Below are positions 8,910 to 17,016 of a DNA stretch of 64,000 nt, piece by piece (position 1 is the stretch's first letter; every line of letters begins with the position of its first letter). The stretch covers positions 330,978 through 394,977 of the forward strand of contig CBDFKJ010000006.1 of NCBI GenBank assembly GCA_965248805.1. The letters are read 5' to 3'. Position numbers and translations under genes: made by a program. The DNA is from Alphaproteobacteria bacterium (GTDB lineage: Bacteria; Pseudomonadota; Alphaproteobacteria; UBA6615). Below the pieces are notes generated by a model, which saw only the letters and a list, made by a program, of their open reading frames with translations, had not been told where the DNA came from and ran no database searches.

Positions 8910-9009
8910 TCCTACAAACCGATAAGGCGCATCGGCCACCTGCCACATCACGCCCGTCACCTGGCCCGCAACGCACTATCTCTGATCAATGCGTAACCGC
9001 TCGATGAGT

Positions 9010-9868
9010 CTAGTGGATTGATTCCAACGTTTGGAACCCTCGGTTTCGGGCTGCGATGATGTCGTCGGGGTCGGCTTTCGATATGAATGGCTGTGGGTTG
9101 GCCGCATTGTATTCGCGGACGAAGCGGTTGATTGCGGCCTGGAGATCGACGACGGAATGGAAGACGCCGTGCTTGAGCCGCCGCCGGGTGAGTTTTGCGA
9201 AGAAGCCCTCGACGGCATTGAGCCACGAGCAGGAGGTCGGTGTGAAGTGGAAAGTCCAGCGCGGATGGCGGGCGAGCCAGGCGCGGACCTTGTCCTTGTT
9301 GTGCGCCGCGTAGTTGTCGACGATCGCGTGGATGGCCTTGTCCGCCGGCACCGTGCGCTCGATGCGGTTGAGGAAGCGGATGAACTCCTGATGGCGGTGG
9401 CGCTGCATGTTCTGGCCGATCACCGTTCCGTCCAGAACGTTGAGCGCCGCAAACAGCGTGGTCGTGCCGTGCCGTTTGTAGTCATGGGTCATGGTGCCGG
9501 CGCGTCCCTTCTTCATCGGCAGACCGGCGGTCGAGCGCCTGGATCTGTGACTTCTCATCGATCGACAACACCACCGCATGGGCCGGCGGGTCGACATACA
9601 GGCCGACGATATCGGTGAGTTTCTCGGCGAAGGCAGGGTCGGTCGACAGCTTGAAGTTGCGCCAGCGGTGCGGGCTGAGACCGTGAGCCTTCCAGATCGC
9701 CTGCACCGTCGAGGCGGCAATACCGGCCGCCCTGGCCATCGCGCGCAACGTCCAGTGGGTCGCCTCAAACGGCGGCGGTTGCTGCGTCAGGCGCACGATC
9801 TCGGCGACACGATCGAGCGGGACCGGCGCCTTGCCGGTCGCATACCACAGCAAAATACGGAATCCCAA
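9010..9868 (-). CDS. IS630-family DDE transposase in two reading frames (as copy A)
   Basis: The 252-aa DDE-frame ORF is identical to copy A. The N-terminal frame differs at WYATGK versus WCPPGK. Confidence 0.7.
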
Positions 9869-9899
9869 TTCGGACTCTTTCGTTCCGATCCCTCCACTA
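9011..9899 (-). mobile_element. IS630-family insertion sequence, copy B (889 bp)
   Basis: Same termini and orientation as copy A (offset 7870). It differs only at 9838, 9841 and 9843 (versus 1968, 1971, 1973). Flanked by C-TA...TA-G. Confidence 0.85.
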
Positions 9900-9967
9900 G
9901 TGTATCGCGATCCTGCCGAGGACGCCATCGGCCATTATTTGCCTATATTTATCAGTAAGTTACGACC

Positions 9968-10002
9968 GGTGGGACAGTTACCCGGCAGCAGGTGGGACAG
10001 TT
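9968..10002 (+). promoter_or_regulatory. Two direct copies of GGTGGGACAGTT (candidate integrase arm-type sites, attL side)
   Basis: Copies at 9968..9979 and 9991..10002, 23 bp apart, immediately downstream of the integrase stop. GGTGGGAC recurs at 50868..50875 near the other prophage end. Confidence 0.4.
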
Positions 10003-10008
10003 TTCTGT

Positions 10009-11082
10009 TCATCGGGCGTTCCGATCCCTGGGTACGAGCAGGTGCATGGCCTCGGCCGCGAGCCGCCTGCGATCAACGGCCTTGGTGTAGTGCACCGCCT
10101 GTTGCGAGGTCTCCCAACCGTAGATCGCCATCAATTGACGCTCCGTAGCGCCGTTGACAGCGGCGATTGTGGCGCCGGCTTTGCGAAGCCCATGTGCCGA
10201 GCAATGAGGCAGGCCGACTTCATCGCACCATTTGCGGAAGCGGTTGCCGAAGCCGTTGGCCGTGAAAGGCTTGCCATAGACCGTGACCAGATAGCTCAGG
10301 TGGCCGGACAGCGTCGCATCGAGCACGGCGCGTAATTCAGGCAGGATCGGAAGCTCGCGATGCTTAGGCGCGTTCTCCCGTCCCTTGGCCTCGATGAAGC
10401 ACACGAATCCGTTCTTCTCCATCTGCGGACCTAGCCGCACAACGTCGGAGCGGCGGACGCCGGTGAACAGCAACAATGCCATCGCGAGCCTCGGCGTAGT
10501 GCCGACCGGGTGGCGTGCCTCGTATCGGTTCACTTCATCCGCCGTCCATGTGTGGAAGCCGTCCGGGTTGTTGCTCTTGAGCTTGCCGATGTCGCGAGCG
10601 GGGTTCGCCTCCAGGAGTTCGACATCGGGCGATGTAGCCCATTTGAAAAGATGACGCAGCGCCTTGATGCGATTGTTCGCCGCGTCGGGAGTGGCTATCT
10701 TTTCGTCGCGGAGCTGGCGGATGTGACGCGCCCTCATCAACGCGAAGGGCTTGTCTCCGTGGCGCTCGCGTATCTGATCGAGGATGCGGCGGCGCTGCTT
10801 GCGGGTGGTGTCGCCAAGCGACCGAAACTCCGCCGAGCCGTAGTATTGCACGATGAGCCAGCCGAGCGAAACGGTAGGATCATTGGGCTTCTCGGACCTG
10901 ACTGACACACGGTATGCCACCCGATACTCTGCCAGGAACTCATCGCTGCCCGGCGCTTGCCGCAGCCTGGTTTTCTTGCCGAAACGCCGGAAATAGACAC
11001 GGACGTTACCGTGGCGGTCCACGTCCTCCACGACGTACCGCAAGTCCGATGTGCCCGAGCCATCCCTCATTCTCACTTTCAT
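10009..11082 (-). CDS. int: Tyrosine-type site-specific integrase
   Basis: 357 aa. The C-terminal catalytic region reads ...LLLFTGVRRSDVVRL...CSAHGLRKAGATIAAVNGATERQLMAIYGWETSQQAVHYTK (R...HxxR...Y pattern). Confidence 0.9.
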   Translation of the reverse strand: MKVRMRDGSGTSDLRYVVEDVDRHGNVRVYFRRFGKKTRLRQAPGSDEFLAEYRVAYRVSVRSEKPNDPTVSLGWLIVQYYGSAEFRSLGDTTRKQRRRILDQIRERHGDKPFALMRARHIRQLRDEKIATPDAANNRIKALRHLFKWATSPDVELLEANPARDIGKLKSNNPDGFHTWTADEVNRYEARHPVGTTPRLAMALLLFTGVRRSDVVRLGPQMEKNGFVCFIEAKGRENAPKHRELPILPELRAVLDATLSGHLSYLVTVYGKPFTANGFGNRFRKWCDEVGLPHCSAHGLRKAGATIAAVNGATERQLMAIYGWETSQQAVHYTKAVDRRRLAAEAMHLLVPRDRNAR

Positions 11083-11327
11083 GCCAGCGCCGCCTCGTCC
11101 CAGGGATTGGCTTCCTCGGAGTCTGGCAAGCCGTCAAAAGCGATGTCAAGTTCGCGCCGGTCCCATACCTTGCGGGCGTTGATCGGCTTTGGCTTCGGCA
11201 TCCGGCCGTCCTTGACCATCTGATCGAACAGCGATGGCGAAACCCCGACGTAGGCGGACGCCGTCAGACGCGATAGGCCACGCGGCCAGTCCGGCAGATC
11301 GCGCAGGTCGGCGCGCGCGGCGGTCAT
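11079..11327 (-). CDS. Excisionase/AlpA-like small DNA-binding protein
   Basis: 82 aa with LSRLTASAYVGVSPSLFDQMVKDGRMPKPKPINARKVWDRRELDIAF (MerR/AlpA-like HTH). 4-nt overlap with int. Confidence 0.7.
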   Translation of the reverse strand: MTAARADLRDLPDWPRGLSRLTASAYVGVSPSLFDQMVKDGRMPKPKPINARKVWDRRELDIAFDGLPDSEEANPWDEAALA

Positions 11328-11372
11328 CTCGCATCGCGTGGCTCAAACCACCGCGCCTCGGGGCCACATGAA

Positions 11373-11627
11373 TCACCAAGGGAGGGCAAAGCAGTGTTGT
11401 TGCGGTTGGATGCAGAGCCAATACTCGGGGTTTTTGGGCGGTAATACCATGTGGTAGCGACGATCACCCTCCTTCTCCAACGATTGTGGGTGGTTGCATG
11501 TTGCCCAGAACCATCGACGCCCATCGAGGCGCGCAAGCAGTCCGGGTTTTGGCTCACAGTACCGGCACTTGCGGCATGAGACGATCGTCTGCGCCTGGGC
11601 GCGGGTGATGTCGAGGCGCGCGGTCAT
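11373..11627 (-). CDS. Hypothetical Cys-rich small phage protein
   Basis: MTARLDITRAQAQTIVSCRKCRYCEPKPG...WATCNHPQ. Start chosen at the internal ATG to avoid overlap with the upstream gene. Confidence 0.4.
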   Translation of the reverse strand: MTARLDITRAQAQTIVSCRKCRYCEPKPGLLARLDGRRWFWATCNHPQSLEKEGDRRYHMVLPPKNPEYWLCIQPQQHCFALPW

Positions 11628-11671
11628 CGCCCAAATCCCGTCGCTGAGACACGCGAGGCGTTCATGGCCAC

Positions 11672-11896
11672 TCAACCCACCCCGGAAGGCTCGGGTGGCA
11701 CTCCAGCCGTCGTGCACGACGCGGAAACGGCATTCCATTCGCGGATCACTCTGTCGCCATCGCTCATGAGCGCATCAATGAACTTCCGTTTCGCGGAGTT
11801 GAACTGGTTGCGGCACCCGGCCGAGCAGAACCGCTTGGCATAGGCGCCGCGCCTTGCCGGCGCGAACTCCACCGTGCACCAGGGGCATTCCGTCAT
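11672..11896 (-). CDS. Hypothetical small zinc-ribbon-like phage protein
   Basis: MTECPWCTVEFAPARRGAYAKRFCSAGCRNQF... (CxxC...CxxxC). ATGA overlap with the upstream gene. Confidence 0.5.
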   Translation of the reverse strand: MTECPWCTVEFAPARRGAYAKRFCSAGCRNQFNSAKRKFIDALMSDGDRVIREWNAVSASCTTAGVPPEPSGVG

Positions 11897-12852
11897 TGCG
11901 GGTACTCGTCCCACGTCCTGCGGTCCAGGTGGCGGCCAGCGAGACGCTTACCGACATGGGCCATCGCCGGCTGACACCGGCCCCACGGATGACGCACGGC
12001 GCCAGGCACGACGTCGGCGCGGAACGCGGCATCGTTCGGCACCCACGTGCCCCATTGCTTGAAGAAGAACGGCACGCCAACCGCCTGGCATTGATCGCGG
12101 AGCCCTCGCGCCCACTCGGGGTGCATGGGCCGCGCGCCCGAACCAGACTCGCCTCCGACGATGACCCAATGGATCGGCGATGGCACGCCGTCCGGCACAT
12201 CTACCGGGCCGTCCATGTCGAATATTGCCACCTGCGCCAGCAGCGGCTCCGCCGAGACAAACCGCACCGCGGCCGGCGTTTCCAGCAACGGCGGGATGCG
12301 CTCGTTTGCCCGCACCTGATCCTCAACCGACGTGCCCAGCCAGACGTTAGGAAGAGGCCATACGATTGATTTGCAGTATTTGCCGGGCTTCGCGGCCCGC
12401 ACTGTCATGCAAACTCGAATGGCCTCGGCCGGGTATCCCTGATCATCAGTTTCGGTCCTTCGATCGATATACTCGCGCATCCGCGACGGCCTCTTGGTCA
12501 GCACCTGAAACGTATGTTGCGGACATAAAGCCATCACCGCGAACACGCCGTCGATCCACTCGTCGGGCACGGCCTCGTGAAACAGGTCGCCGTGTGCGCA
12601 GACGAAAACTCGCCTCGGCTCCCGCCAGTGAAGCGGTTGATCGAGCCATTCCTCGTTCAGCCGGACCTCGCCCGTCCAAACCGGCCCGGCCTTGCTTGGT
12701 ATTGTGAGGCCCTTTCGGCTCGGGTGCCCGCGGAGGCGGCCGCCGGCGAGCTTCATCGCATAGCAGTTGGTGCAGCCGGGCGAGACCACCGAGCAACCCG
12801 TGATCGGATTCCACGTTGCGTCGGTCCACTCGATCTTGGTGCCGTCAGCCAT
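11893..12852 (-). CDS. Phage Gp37/Gp68-family (DUF5131-like) protein
   Basis: MADGTKIEWTDATWNPITGCSVVSPGCTNCYAMK...VFVCAHGDLFHE...NVWLGTSVEDQ...VSAEPLL...WVIVGGESG...VPFFFKQWG matches my recollection of this family. Start at the internal ATG 12852. Confidence 0.7.
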   Translation of the reverse strand: MADGTKIEWTDATWNPITGCSVVSPGCTNCYAMKLAGGRLRGHPSRKGLTIPSKAGPVWTGEVRLNEEWLDQPLHWREPRRVFVCAHGDLFHEAVPDEWIDGVFAVMALCPQHTFQVLTKRPSRMREYIDRRTETDDQGYPAEAIRVCMTVRAAKPGKYCKSIVWPLPNVWLGTSVEDQVRANERIPPLLETPAAVRFVSAEPLLAQVAIFDMDGPVDVPDGVPSPIHWVIVGGESGSGARPMHPEWARGLRDQCQAVGVPFFFKQWGTWVPNDAAFRADVVPGAVRHPWGRCQPAMAHVGKRLAGRHLDRRTWDEYPQ

Positions 12853-13150
12853 CGCATTCGTCGATCGTGTCGCGTGCAGAGCGCGCCGCCGGCGCAAGCT
12901 CGTAGCGCTGGACGGGCTGCGGCTGGGACCGCTCCCCGAGCGCCCGCGCGATGTCTTCGGTGGTCGGTGTGAGGCAATAGACCGATGCGGGTGAATAGAA
13001 CTGCGTGGCGACAATGCTGTCGGCGGTGTGAACATCGAGGCGGAGGAACGAAGCGCCGGCGATCTCCTGCTCGGTGACGTATCCGGCCAGGCGCCGATGG
13101 CCCATCAGCTCCAGGATGGCCCAGTCTTCAAACTTCATTTTTGCGGTCAT
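12845..13150 (-). CDS. Hypothetical phage protein (101 aa)
   Basis: ORF with ATGA coupling to recT. No recognised motif. Confidence 0.5.
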   Translation of the reverse strand: MTAKMKFEDWAILELMGHRRLAGYVTEQEIAGASFLRLDVHTADSIVATQFYSPASVYCLTPTTEDIARALGERSQPQPVQRYELAPAARSARDTIDECDG

Positions 13151-14220
13151 CCTGCACCCGCTTTCAGTTTCTTGCGGCGCGCGGACTCGGCTTGCTTGAG
13201 CGTCGCCTGCTGATCGTCCGACAGTGCTTCGTAGTGCCCACGGTTCTCCGTCTTGAAGTCTGAGATGGCGATGCCGGTGGGCGCGCTCGCGTAGGCACCC
13301 ATCGCTCGTGTGACGAACGCTTCGGCCGGCGATGGCTTATGGCTGGTGGGCGAGGCGGATGATTCAGGCTGGGCCGGGGCAGCGTCGCCCTCATCCTGAC
13401 CGGATTGTGTGGTCGCATCGTCCTCCGACTTGACCTCGCCCATGGGCTCGCTGGCAGGCTCCGGCTCACCGCCGTGCGCAATGTCCGCCATGTGCGCGTC
13501 CTGCGCCTCTTGCTCGGCTGCGAAATCGGCGCGCTTGGGCGGCTCGGGCGGCGTGATGTTGCGCATCTCCTGGCCGGTGCGCGCCTCCATCTCCTCAGCC
13601 GTCAATTCGCCTCCCAGCGCCTCGGGGAACGCCTTGCGCAGCGCCGCGGCTTCGGCACATTTCTCCAGCATGTAGGACGGCGACGTGCGCCAGCGCTCGT
13701 TCGGGCAATCCGAGAAGCGGCTTTCGCGCGCGTAGAATTCATCGAAATACACGCGCGGCCCTGGGAACGAACAGCGCTGCCCTTCGATCATGCGATACAC
13801 GGTCATCTGCGCCCACTCCGGTGCTTTGACCGTGACCTCCTTGTCCTCGCCCTTCTTGGGCCGGTGCCAGAACTTCAGGTCGTTTTTGGGGCCGAACGCC
13901 GTCGGGTCGGCGCCCGCATAACCCTTGGTGCGGGACGCCTCGATGCGGTGTGAGGCGATGCCCGGCCACACGCCTTCCACATAGCGTTTCTGTTCGCTGC
14001 TCCAGACGGGAACGATGTGAACCACGCGCTTGAAGGGGTCCATCTGCTTGGCGTGGCAGTAACTAAGGGCCAGCATGACGCCCTCGGCGGTCTGCGCCGA
14101 AGGCCAGATCGCATCGACCAGCGCGCGCCAACTCGCCTCATCGACTCCATACCGCTCTCCCAAGGTCGGGTGATAAGGCAAACGCGTTGGCGATACGCTC
14201 AGTTGCTGTCGCGCGGACAT
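13147..14220 (-). CDS. recT: RecT/Bet-family single-strand annealing recombinase
   Basis: ...MLALSYCHAKQMDPFKRVVHIVP...SHRIEASRTKGYAG...YMLEKCAEAAALRKAFPEALGG... followed by an acidic low-complexity tail. Start at ATG 14220 with AGGAGAGA upstream. Confidence 0.8.
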   Translation of the reverse strand: MSARQQLSVSPTRLPYHPTLGERYGVDEASWRALVDAIWPSAQTAEGVMLALSYCHAKQMDPFKRVVHIVPVWSSEQKRYVEGVWPGIASHRIEASRTKGYAGADPTAFGPKNDLKFWHRPKKGEDKEVTVKAPEWAQMTVYRMIEGQRCSFPGPRVYFDEFYARESRFSDCPNERWRTSPSYMLEKCAEAAALRKAFPEALGGELTAEEMEARTGQEMRNITPPEPPKRADFAAEQEAQDAHMADIAHGGEPEPASEPMGEVKSEDDATTQSGQDEGDAAPAQPESSASPTSHKPSPAEAFVTRAMGAYASAPTGIAISDFKTENRGHYEALSDDQQATLKQAESARRKKLKAGAG

Positions 14221-14228
14221 GATCTCTC

Positions 14229-15041
14229 CTAGCTGACGACCGTGGTCGTCTGTTCCTCCAGTTCGGCGCCGGGCACCTCCGCGCCATTGCGCAGCGCGAC
14301 GCTGATGGCGTCCTCGTTCGGCGCGCAGTAGGCGCGGGGAATCGCGCTCGGGTCGGTGATCTTCACGCGATAGGCCGTGCGCGGATAAACGGTCGCACCA
14401 AGGTCGGTGGTGATGCGCGCGAGGCCAGCGCGAGTGCGCCAAGCGTGCAGCGCGTAGAGCAGCTTCGTCTTGGCCACGCCCATCGGTGTGAGCCGCGTCT
14501 TGTACGGCAGCTCGGCTTCGGCCTGCGCCTGCTTGTGCGGCGCGGCAGCCTCTTTCCGGGCGTCGTCGAGGCGCTTGGCCAGCACCGTCATCTGCTTCAC
14601 CAGATCGATCGCAACATGCGCATCGTCGATGGTGGCGACCCGGCCAGCGCTGTCGGCGCGCTCGATGAGCCGCTCTGCCTTAATGAGATCGTCGGACGGC
14701 GGCATGTTATGGCCGGTCCAATCAACGGGCCGTGTCGGCGTCGCCTTCGCGTCCAGCGGTCGATGTTCGGCAGCGTGCGCCTGGTCGGCCAGCATGTAGT
14801 CGTAGCTGGCTTGATCGATCGGGTGCTTGGCGAGATAGGGCCACATCTCCAGGACCTCGATCTGGTCCGTGATCTCGTCGCCGGTGCCGAGCTTGATGTG
14901 CCAGACCGGCAGGTCGAAGGCGTCCTCCAGATAGACGATCTCCGCCGGCACCCACGGCCCGTTGCGCGCCAGCCGCGTCTTGTAGAAACCAGCAATGGGC
15001 TTTGAGGGATCGATCGCCGCCGGCATCTCGTGCACGCTCAT
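14229..15041 (-). CDS. Hypothetical phage protein, C-terminal half Gp157-like (coiled coil)
   Basis: 270 aa, positioned immediately upstream of recT. The C-terminus ...IPRAYCAPNEDAISVALRNGAEVPGAELEE resembles siphovirus Gp157 proteins as I recall them. No nuclease motif seen. Confidence 0.5.
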   Translation of the reverse strand: MSVHEMPAAIDPSKPIAGFYKTRLARNGPWVPAEIVYLEDAFDLPVWHIKLGTGDEITDQIEVLEMWPYLAKHPIDQASYDYMLADQAHAAEHRPLDAKATPTRPVDWTGHNMPPSDDLIKAERLIERADSAGRVATIDDAHVAIDLVKQMTVLAKRLDDARKEAAAPHKQAQAEAELPYKTRLTPMGVAKTKLLYALHAWRTRAGLARITTDLGATVYPRTAYRVKITDPSAIPRAYCAPNEDAISVALRNGAEVPGAELEEQTTTVVS

Positions 15042-15631
15042 GCCGCCAGTTCCTGGCGCGCCTGGCGCACCGCATCGATGACGGCGTTGAACTCGCCGGC
15101 ATCGCCGCCCCGATCCGGGTGCTTCTCCTTGATCAGCTCGCGGTAGCGCCGCTCAACATCGACGATGGTCGCCGCGGTGTCCGCGTCGCCGAACAGCACC
15201 TGCCGCCATGGCGGCGCAAGTTGGCCGCTCGCGTCCTTCGGCGGCGGCAGCGCCGCGAAGCCCCGGAAGCCGGCGCGCACGATGTTGAGCCCGCCGTGCC
15301 GCAGCTTCACCCGCTCCGCTTCGATGATGTGGTGTATCGCCTGCAGGTTGTCCGCGATCTTCGGGTAACGATCGACAGCGATGCAGCAGTCGATGTTGTC
15401 CCATGTGAAATATACCGCGGCACCCGGATCGCGCGGATCGTCGCGCAGGAGTGTGGCGTTGCTGCTCACGCACAGGTTCACGATGTCCTTGCGGCTGTCG
15501 TTGGCGAAGGCGCGCAACGACCTGGTGACATTAGCGATGGCCCCCCCGACGCCGGTGCGAAACCGGCTGTAGTCCCGGCTCGTCGTGCGTGGCATGCCTT
15601 GCGGCCAATGCAGCGGGTACGCCTGCGTCAT
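15038..15631 (-). CDS. J-domain (DnaJ-like) phage protein
   Basis: The C-terminal ...VERRYRELIKEKHPDRGGDAGEFNAVIDAVRQA contains the HPD motif. Start at the internal ATG 15631. Confidence 0.7.
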   Translation of the reverse strand: MTQAYPLHWPQGMPRTTSRDYSRFRTGVGGAIANVTRSLRAFANDSRKDIVNLCVSSNATLLRDDPRDPGAAVYFTWDNIDCCIAVDRYPKIADNLQAIHHIIEAERVKLRHGGLNIVRAGFRGFAALPPPKDASGQLAPPWRQVLFGDADTAATIVDVERRYRELIKEKHPDRGGDAGEFNAVIDAVRQARQELAA

Positions 15632-15849
15632 CCGTTCGAGCCTGGACGGATGCGCTCGACACCTGCCAGCCCGAGGTCGGCGACGGCCTGCCGGCATGGG
15701 CGCTCGATCAGCGGATGTGCCGGGTGCTCGGCCTGGCCGGCGAGAAAGCCCGCCGCAGTGGCGCGTGACACGTGGTTCCGCCCGCGCAGCGCTTGAGCGG
15801 CGGTCCAATAGGCGCGCATCAGGGTGTGGAGGGACGCGGGAGCGGTCAT
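15628..15849 (-). CDS. Hypothetical phage protein (73 aa)
   Basis: ORF with 4-nt overlaps to both neighbours. Confidence 0.4.
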   Translation of the reverse strand: MTAPASLHTLMRAYWTAAQALRGRNHVSRATAAGFLAGQAEHPAHPLIERPCRQAVADLGLAGVERIRPGSNG

Positions 15850-16196
15850 GTGTCGTCTCCCGTCGCCCTGGCGATGGCGGCGCGGTTGGCGTCGATCAGG
15901 GCGTTGTACTCGGCCAGTCCTTTGCCTTCCGCTGGGTCAGTAATTTCTCCAGCACTGTTCGTGATGCTGTCGTAGATGACGTCGCGCTCGGCGATCAGCG
16001 TCCGGTTGCTCGCCTTCAGCGCCTCCAGCATCTCGGGCGCGGCCGCGATCAGGCAGGCGTTGGCTTCGACGGTGGTTTTCTCCGAGACATAGCCACACAG
16101 TGCGACGAGATGCGTGTCGCCACTGGCGCTGATGAATTGCGGCTGCCCCCAGTCACTTCGGGTTACGCACCAAGGCGCCGGCGTGTGCTTCGTCAT
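15846..16196 (-). CDS. Hypothetical phage protein, HTPxPW...EANAxLIAAAPE family, paralog 1
   Basis: MTKHTPAPWCV...TTVEANACLIAAAPEMLEALK. Start at the internal ATG. Confidence 0.55.
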   Translation of the reverse strand: MTKHTPAPWCVTRSDWGQPQFISASGDTHLVALCGYVSEKTTVEANACLIAAAPEMLEALKASNRTLIAERDVIYDSITNSAGEITDPAEGKGLAEYNALIDANRAAIARATGDDT

Positions 16197-16555
16197 GCCG
16201 CATCCTCCGTCTTCGCGATGGCGGCGCGGGCGAGGTCGCATAGCGTCTTCGTCGTCGCTTCATCGGCGCCGGTAAGTTGCAGCCACCGCAGCCGCTTGGT
16301 TTCATCCCATGGGTCGCCGCTGTGAAAGAGGATAAGTGCCTCGGCAACGTCGCGTAGGTTCGGCGCGGCGGCGATAAGGCGGGCGTTGGCTTCGCTTTCA
16401 GCCGCCTGCGAACGTCGCGCAAAAGCGTGCGGCATTTCGCATATCAGTGTGCGCTCGCCTGAAGTAACGTCCTTGCAAACTGTAAATCGCCCGTTCGGTC
16501 CGAAAGAACTGCGGTTAAGTTCAGCAATCCAAGGTCCAGGCGTGTGCGCAGCCAT
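16193..16555 (-). CDS. Hypothetical phage protein, HTPxPW...EANAxLIAAAPE family, paralog 2
   Basis: MAAHTPGPWIA...AESEANARLIAAAPNLRDVAEAL. It is a tandem paralog of the downstream gene. Confidence 0.55.
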   Translation of the reverse strand: MAAHTPGPWIAELNRSSFGPNGRFTVCKDVTSGERTLICEMPHAFARRSQAAESEANARLIAAAPNLRDVAEALILFHSGDPWDETKRLRWLQLTGADEATTKTLCDLARAAIAKTEDAA

Positions 16556-16863
16556 CACGCCGCCTCTTTCGAGCACGAGAATGCCGCGCCCATCGCTAGC
16601 GCGTATTCCGCCTCACGCTGGCGCTCGAACCACTCTCTGCGCAGCATCACCTCGCCGTCGACGCTCACCGCGTCCCACTCGGCGCTGACGCCCAGCAGGC
16701 GCTCGCCCGGCTTGAGCCACGACCACGCGTGGACCTGGGCTAGCGCTTCGCCCGCCGATGCGGCCCAGAACGGCGTGACCTCAAGGTCGCCGTCGAGGTT
16801 GATCCAGTCGACGTAGTAGCGCTTCGGGAGACGGTCGATGTCGTGGTCGAAGGTGGCGAGCAT
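16555..16863 (-). CDS. Hypothetical phage protein, first gene of the leftward early operon
   Basis: ATG at 16863, preceded by GGAGAAACCC. The ORF-track start at 16875 is a TTG. Confidence 0.5.
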   Translation of the reverse strand: MLATFDHDIDRLPKRYYVDWINLDGDLEVTPFWAASAGEALAQVHAWSWLKPGERLLGVSAEWDAVSVDGEVMLRREWFERQREAEYALAMGAAFSCSKEAA

Positions 16864-16913
16864 GGGTTTCTCCAACGGGTGCCGCTGTGTGCGGTGCGAA
16901 GGAGAGAATAAAG

Positions 16914-16958
16914 TGTGATGTATCTCATCGTCAACGACAAAAAGTGAGTATTGTCACA
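16914..16958. promoter_or_regulatory. Pair of 14-bp operator-like sites (TGTGA-N4-TCTCA and TGAGT-N4-TCACA) upstream of the leftward early operon
   Basis: TGTGATGTATCTCA at 16914..16927 and TGAGTATTGTCACA at 16945..16958, centres 31 bp apart. The same half-site pattern occurs next to the repressor gene. Confidence 0.5.
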
Positions 16959-17016
16959 CACACTAAATGGAGTTTGTGCTACATCACCGTTGGCCACATG
17001 GAAGGTGTGATCGTCA

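Noticed and set aside
14229-15041. RecE/lambda-Exo-type exonuclease partner of RecT
   Set aside because: I could not identify a PD-(D/E)xK or other nuclease motif. The C-terminal half looks Gp157-like instead.
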